From Thraustochytrium aureum (lineage: Eukaryota): a stretch of 59,213 bases of DNA. This document shows, in pieces, positions 54,568-59,213 of this stretch; position 1 is the stretch's first letter, and each line of letters begins with the position of its first letter. The stretch is from assembly GCA_012862495.1 (NCBI GenBank), contig BLSG01000384.1, positions 45,790-105,002 on the forward strand, read 5' to 3'. The notes under the pieces are model-generated. The model worked only from the letters and a program-made list of their open reading frames with translations, ran no database searches and was not told the DNA's origin. The position numbers were made by a program, and so were the translations under genes.

Positions 54568-55838
54568 GGCGGATCAATCTACGAAACTGGTGATCCAGAA
54601 CCTGCTGATCGAGCTCGTCTCGATGACCGCTTCGTATGCGCTTTTGTTCGTTGGGATGAAGTACTTTATGAAAGAAATGGACCCGATGCGCAAGCAAAAG
54701 GACGCCGCCAAGGAGAGCAAGAAGCGGCTGATGGAAAAGCTTGTCGCGAATGGGCGCAGGCCCTTCGCGATGAACGAGTACGAGTCCATCATCGCCAGCG
54801 ATCTGATCTACCCGGAGGACCTCGATGTCGACTTTGGCATGATCGGCGGTCTTGAGCACGTCAAGAACGAGGTCTTCGACATCGTCGCGCTGCCCCTCCG
54901 GCGGCCGGATCTCTTCGAGGGCCGCAGCAGCTTGCTTGCGCCCCCCAAAGGCATACTCTTGTACGGACCGCCCGGGACCGGCAAGACCATGATGGCCAAG
55001 GCGATTGCAAAGGAATCCGGGGCCGCCTTCATCAACCTGCAAATGTCCACGACGATGAACAAGTGGTTCGGGGAGTCGCAAAAGCTAGTCAGAGCCACCT
55101 TCTCGCTGGCCTGGAAGCTTAGTCCGTGTATCCTCTTCATCGACGAGATTGACTCGTTCTTGCGCGAGCGCTCGTCGGATGACCACGCCGCGCAGGGCAA
55201 CATGAAAGCAGAGTTTATGGCGCTTTGGGACGGGCTCTTGGGCGCGGAAATGGGCCACCAGGGCCGCGCGTCGGCGCCATCGTTGTGGGGGCCACGAACC
55301 GCCCGTACGACGTTGACCAGGCCATATTGCGCCGCATGCCGCGCCAGTTCAAGCTGTCGCTGCCGGACGCGCGCCAGCGCTTGGACATCCTGCAGATCTT
55401 TCTGCGCGGCGAGCCGCTGGAGGACGGCCTTGCGCGCACCTTCCCAAGCTGGCGCAGTCGCTCGAAGGCTACAGTGGTAGCGACATCAAGGAGCTTTGTC
55501 AGGCTGCGGCCATGCGGCCCTTTCGCGAGTTCGCTCAGGGGTGCCGCGAGTCGCACGACTTTCGCGAGGGCGCGTCGCTGCGCCCGCTTTCTTTGGAGGA
55601 CTTTATCGTCGCCAGGCGCGATGTCCGCGCAACCGGAGACGCAGCGCAGGAGTACCAGACCGAGACGCAGGGGAGGACAGGCATTGGCGCCTTTAGCGAC
55701 GTCCAAGCGATCAGTGCAGCGCTGCAGTCCCTCCTCTATTTGCAGCAGCAACAGCAGCAACAAACCAGTCAGAATGGCCGGGGGGCCGCCGATGGAATGC
55801 CGGGGCCGAGCGACAAGGTCGATGAAAACGTGGACTAG
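54360..55838 (+). CDS. MSP1: MSP1/ATAD1 outer-membrane AAA+ dislocase with polyQ N-terminal extension; three apparent frameshifts (about 54575, 55250, 55440)
   Basis: TM helix, NEYESIIASDLI.PEDLDVDF..IGGL, GILLYGPPGTGKT, KWFGESQKLV, FIDEID and KAEFMALWDGL. Successive frames then give GATNRPYDVDQAILRRMP and GYSGSDIKELC..AAMRPFRE. Confidence 0.93.
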
Positions 55839-55923
55839 CGCAAGAGGCAGTGAGGCGCTGCGCCTTTGCGCCAACGGAGAGCCCGCTGCAGCGCGGCACG
55901 CGGATTGCGCGGCGCGCTCATCG

Positions 55924-58900
55924 TCAAGTAGTAGATAGATTATAAAGGTGCGACGCCCTCATGCTCGCTGCCCTCTCCCTCGCCGCGCTAGGTGCCAGAT
56001 CGGCTCGACGGTCCCGGCGGGGGCGTGTACTTGTACGAGGCCTCACCTTTAGCGAGCTTGGAAAAGTGCCCGTTAAAGTCGACGCGAAGCAGCAGGTTGG
56101 AGTTGATGCGCGTCAGCAGCGCATACAAAACGTAGAGTCCCGAGAAAACGAGACCGAGAGGTCTGCCAAGGCCACGTCCAGCTCGGCGAGCGCACCATCC
56201 CGGCGGCTTGGCTCTAGCATAGCGTCGCTGCGGTCAAACCTCTTGACGAGGCTGCAGAACCGTAGGCAGCGGCGTAACACCGTATCAATCGTGCTGCGCA
56301 CCACCTTGTTGTGCAAGAACGAGCGCGTGATGAGGTCCTCCATGAAGCGCGCGTGCGCCTGGGCCACGACGGCAAAGTCCTCAGCGGCGCAGATTTCGTC
56401 CACAAGGTGCTTGTGGAGCGAGTCGATCACGTCCACCTGCAAGTGAAACTGCAAGTTGTTGACGAGGTAAGCCATCGACGACCGCATGCGCCACAAGAGC
56501 ATCAGCCGCCTGCGGCGCGGCGCGTCGCCTGCGGCGCGCTTGAACCGCGTCTGGTTGAGCACAGCCCAAGCCTCCTTAAGCGCCGCCTCCACGCGCTTGA
56601 GGCAGAGCAGAAATCGAAACAGCATCCCGTACTGGTCAAGCGCCAGCTGCGTCAAGATGAGGTGAAGCGGCCAGTCCACCCGAAGGTCCAGCGAGAGGAN
56701 NNNNNNNNNNNNNNNNNNNNNNNNNNNNNNNNNNNNNNNNNNNNNNNNNNNNNNNNNNNNNNNNNNNNNNNNNNNNNNNNNNNNNNNNNNNNNNNNNNNN
56801 NNNNNNNNNNNNNNNNNNNNNNNNNNNNNNNNNNNNNNNNNNNNNNNNNNNNNNNNNNNNNNNNNNNNNNNNNNNNNNNNNNNNNNNNNNNNNNNNNNNN
56901 NNNNNNNNNNNNNNNNNNNNNNNNNNNNNNNNNNNNNNNNNNNNNNNNNNNNNNNNNNCTGCCGCGCTCGAGCGCAATCGTGGAGCTGAGCTCCAAGGGA
57001 ACTTTGAGCTCGCTCACTGCGCTCTTGTCGCAGTCGAGCAGCTTGAGCTCTGCCACAAACTTGACCCGGTCCTCGCCCTCAATGCGGTACTCGGCGACGA
57101 GGTAGTGGTGCAGCATGCCAGCCTCCGACGCGCCCGGGCCGCTCGCGGTGGCCGGTAGCAGCGGGATTTCGCCTGCAGCTGCGAGGACCTCGCCATTGGA
57201 CTCGATTGTGAGCCGCACGGTCGAGAACGACGGCGAAAAGGAGGCGACAAACGCGATGTTGTTCGCAAGCGAGTGGAACGGCCCGTCGACCGTGCAGCCG
57301 AGCGCCGTTGGGCCAACAGCGACGTCGTGCTGCAAGCACAGCGCGACAACGCGATGCGCGGCCGTTGCCGCTTCGCCAGGGCGCGGCCGCGGGTGCCGGA
57401 TCGCTACCTCTGAGGCCCACCCGCGCTCGACCATTACCTTGTTGGCGTGCCAGAAGCCCCCGCCGCCTTCGCCAACGCGAACGACGCCATCGTCCACATG
57501 GGCTTCTCCAACGAGGACGAGATCGCAGGTGCGGCTCCTGTCCCCGGGCGGCAAGGGCGGGCCGCCTCCAGCTGTTAAGAGAGAGGAGGAGGTGGACGCA
57601 GACAGGAGCGAGGCGTTCGAGCTCTTTCGCTCTAGCGTGCCCTTGGCGCCGCTCTGCTGGGCAGCCGCGCCTGCGCTTGCGCTCCCGAATCCTGTGCGAA
57701 AGTCGATCCTCGACCTGTTCAGCACGAGCTTGAGTCTGCCGAAAGCGTCGCTAGTGAACGCTGGCCAGTTGTCGGCTCCGCTCTGCACGGAGGCCTCGCG
57801 CCACGGCCCGCTGTTGACAGCCGCCTCTGCCTGCTGCAGGGTGGGTCGGGGGCTCGACGCAAGCAGCTCGCGCCCCACATCGACGAAAGAAGTGAAAAAC
57901 TCGCCGCGACCAAGCAAGAAAAACTCCCTCACAAACGCGAGATGATCCACCAAACGCGCGTCTCGGACCACCAACTGCTGCAGGTCGAAGGCGACGCGAA
58001 AGTAAAACCTGCGGATCGCTTGCCCTGTCTTGATCATGTCGAGCTTTGGGTCGTCCCGGGCAGTCGCCAAGGTCTGAACCAACTCGACCATGTTGCCCAG
58101 TCCCGTTTGCCTTTTCTCGCTCTCGTCAGAACGAAGGCCGCCGTCGTCACCGTGCGGTGGATCCCTCGGCACGCTGCGCTGCGGCAGAAACTTGCTGCGT
58201 TGCAGGACGCGAACCGCCTTGCCCACGAACAGGACCTTTTCCGCAAGGTCTCGCGCAAAGTAGGACCGAGGCAACATCTGCTCTCTGAGGCGAAACTGCG
58301 ACTTCCACTCGTACTCGGCGATCACGGGGTGCTGTGAGGCTTCGCCGCCCCCTTGAACGCTCATGGGATCCAATGCAGCACTGCCCCGGTCGTGGTGCCC
58401 GTCTGGTTCGCTTTCCTCCTCGCCTCTTGGAACGTGCACTCGGTAAGGTCGTTCCTGCACAAAAAACTCTCCAGCGCGGTCCAGCAAGATGCCATGTGAC
58501 ATCCACGCCTCAATCATGTTGAAAAGAGCTCGATTGCACGGGTACAAGATTCGTTCCAGCCAGGCTCGCACGACATCGACGCCGCAGCGGAGGGCAGTGG
58601 AGTGGACGTGATCCAGAATGGCGCCCCCTCGTAAGCTACGTTCTTGGACTTCTCCACAGAGCGCGACGACGCTCTTCAGCACGACCCTTGATTCCGCCAT
58701 CATGTACTTGACCCGAGCGAGAGGAACGCAACCTTCGCGGAGGGCCACCTCTTCAACTTTGCAAACTGTCTCGTGGTGCCAGTCGAGCAGCTCTTGTACC
58801 CCGTCGCACAGTGCGGGAATGACAAGAGCCCCGTCGCTCGCGTTTCGCCGATTCCTGTCCACGAACGCCTGGAGTTGCTGGAACCACGACCCAATCTGCA

Positions 58901-59102
58901 TCAGCTCCTCGATCAGCCCCGCCTCTGCCGGAGATACCACTTCAGGGATCATGTATTCTGGGACCCGGCCCGGCTTGGCCCTCCGCCGGCTCCCATGCAC
59001 TGTGTTTGCAATCGATGCAGCATTCTCGTCCCCAGCCTCTCCGCCTCGCTGCGCAGCAAACAGGCCGTGGCCGAGGAGCCCAAAGAGCACCTCGTGGAGC
59101 AT
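55924..59102 (-). CDS. GCP4: Gamma-tubulin complex component, GCP4-like, with large internal insertion; spans a gap; frameshift near 56128
   Basis: MLHEVLFGLLG start, AEKVLFVGKAV, FFLLGRGEFF..F, V.WPLHLI....L..Y..LFRFLL and LVNNLQFHLQVDVI. The terminal LLLRVDFNGHF is recovered by adding one T to a T4 run. The exact 3' end is uncertain. Confidence 0.9.
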
Positions 59103-59213
59103 CTTGCCAGCCCAGCGCTCCGCAGCGACGACGACCAGCAGGAGGCGGCGCTCCGCAGCGACGACGACAAACAACAGGATGCGGCGCAACGCGCGGTGCG
59201 CCGCTCCGCCAGC

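Noticed and set aside
54360..59102. MSP1 and GCP4 as pseudogenes or programmed-frameshift genes
   Set aside because: Motifs are fully conserved, there is no shared slippery heptamer, and the indels fall in short homopolymers. Sequencing error is more parsimonious.

Overview
GC-rich, intron-poor eukaryotic scaffold with many N gaps. Gene content and style suggest a heterotrophic stramenopile such as a thraustochytrid/labyrinthulomycete, but this is inference and cannot be proven from the window. About 26 protein-coding loci can be read: a calpain (missed by the ORF track), UBC1/UBE2K-type E2 with UBA (3 exons), CMC4-like twin-Cx9C protein, sphingomyelin/IPC synthase, equilibrative nucleoside transporter, GT60 GlcNAc-transferase, a stand-alone fatty acyl-AMP ligase-ACP didomain, Ssu72, SLC10 symporter, Neverland/DAF-36-type Rieske sterol desaturase, AGC kinase, ankyrin-WW-kinesin-14, sphingomyelinase-like EEP, Myb-like and CCT-like proteins, Clu-TPR protein, HxxxD acyltransferase, S10 carboxypeptidase, MSP1/ATAD1, GCP4 with a lectin-like insert, and several hypotheticals. 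Eight single-base frameshifts in six genes, mostly at or next to short homopolymer runs, look like sequencing errors. I saw no rRNA, tRNA, CRISPR array or intact mobile element. The strongest candidates for novelty are the FAAL-ACP with a polybasic/Cys tail (and a possible in-trans acyltransferase partner), the ANK-WW KCBP-type kinesin, and the GCP4 insert.
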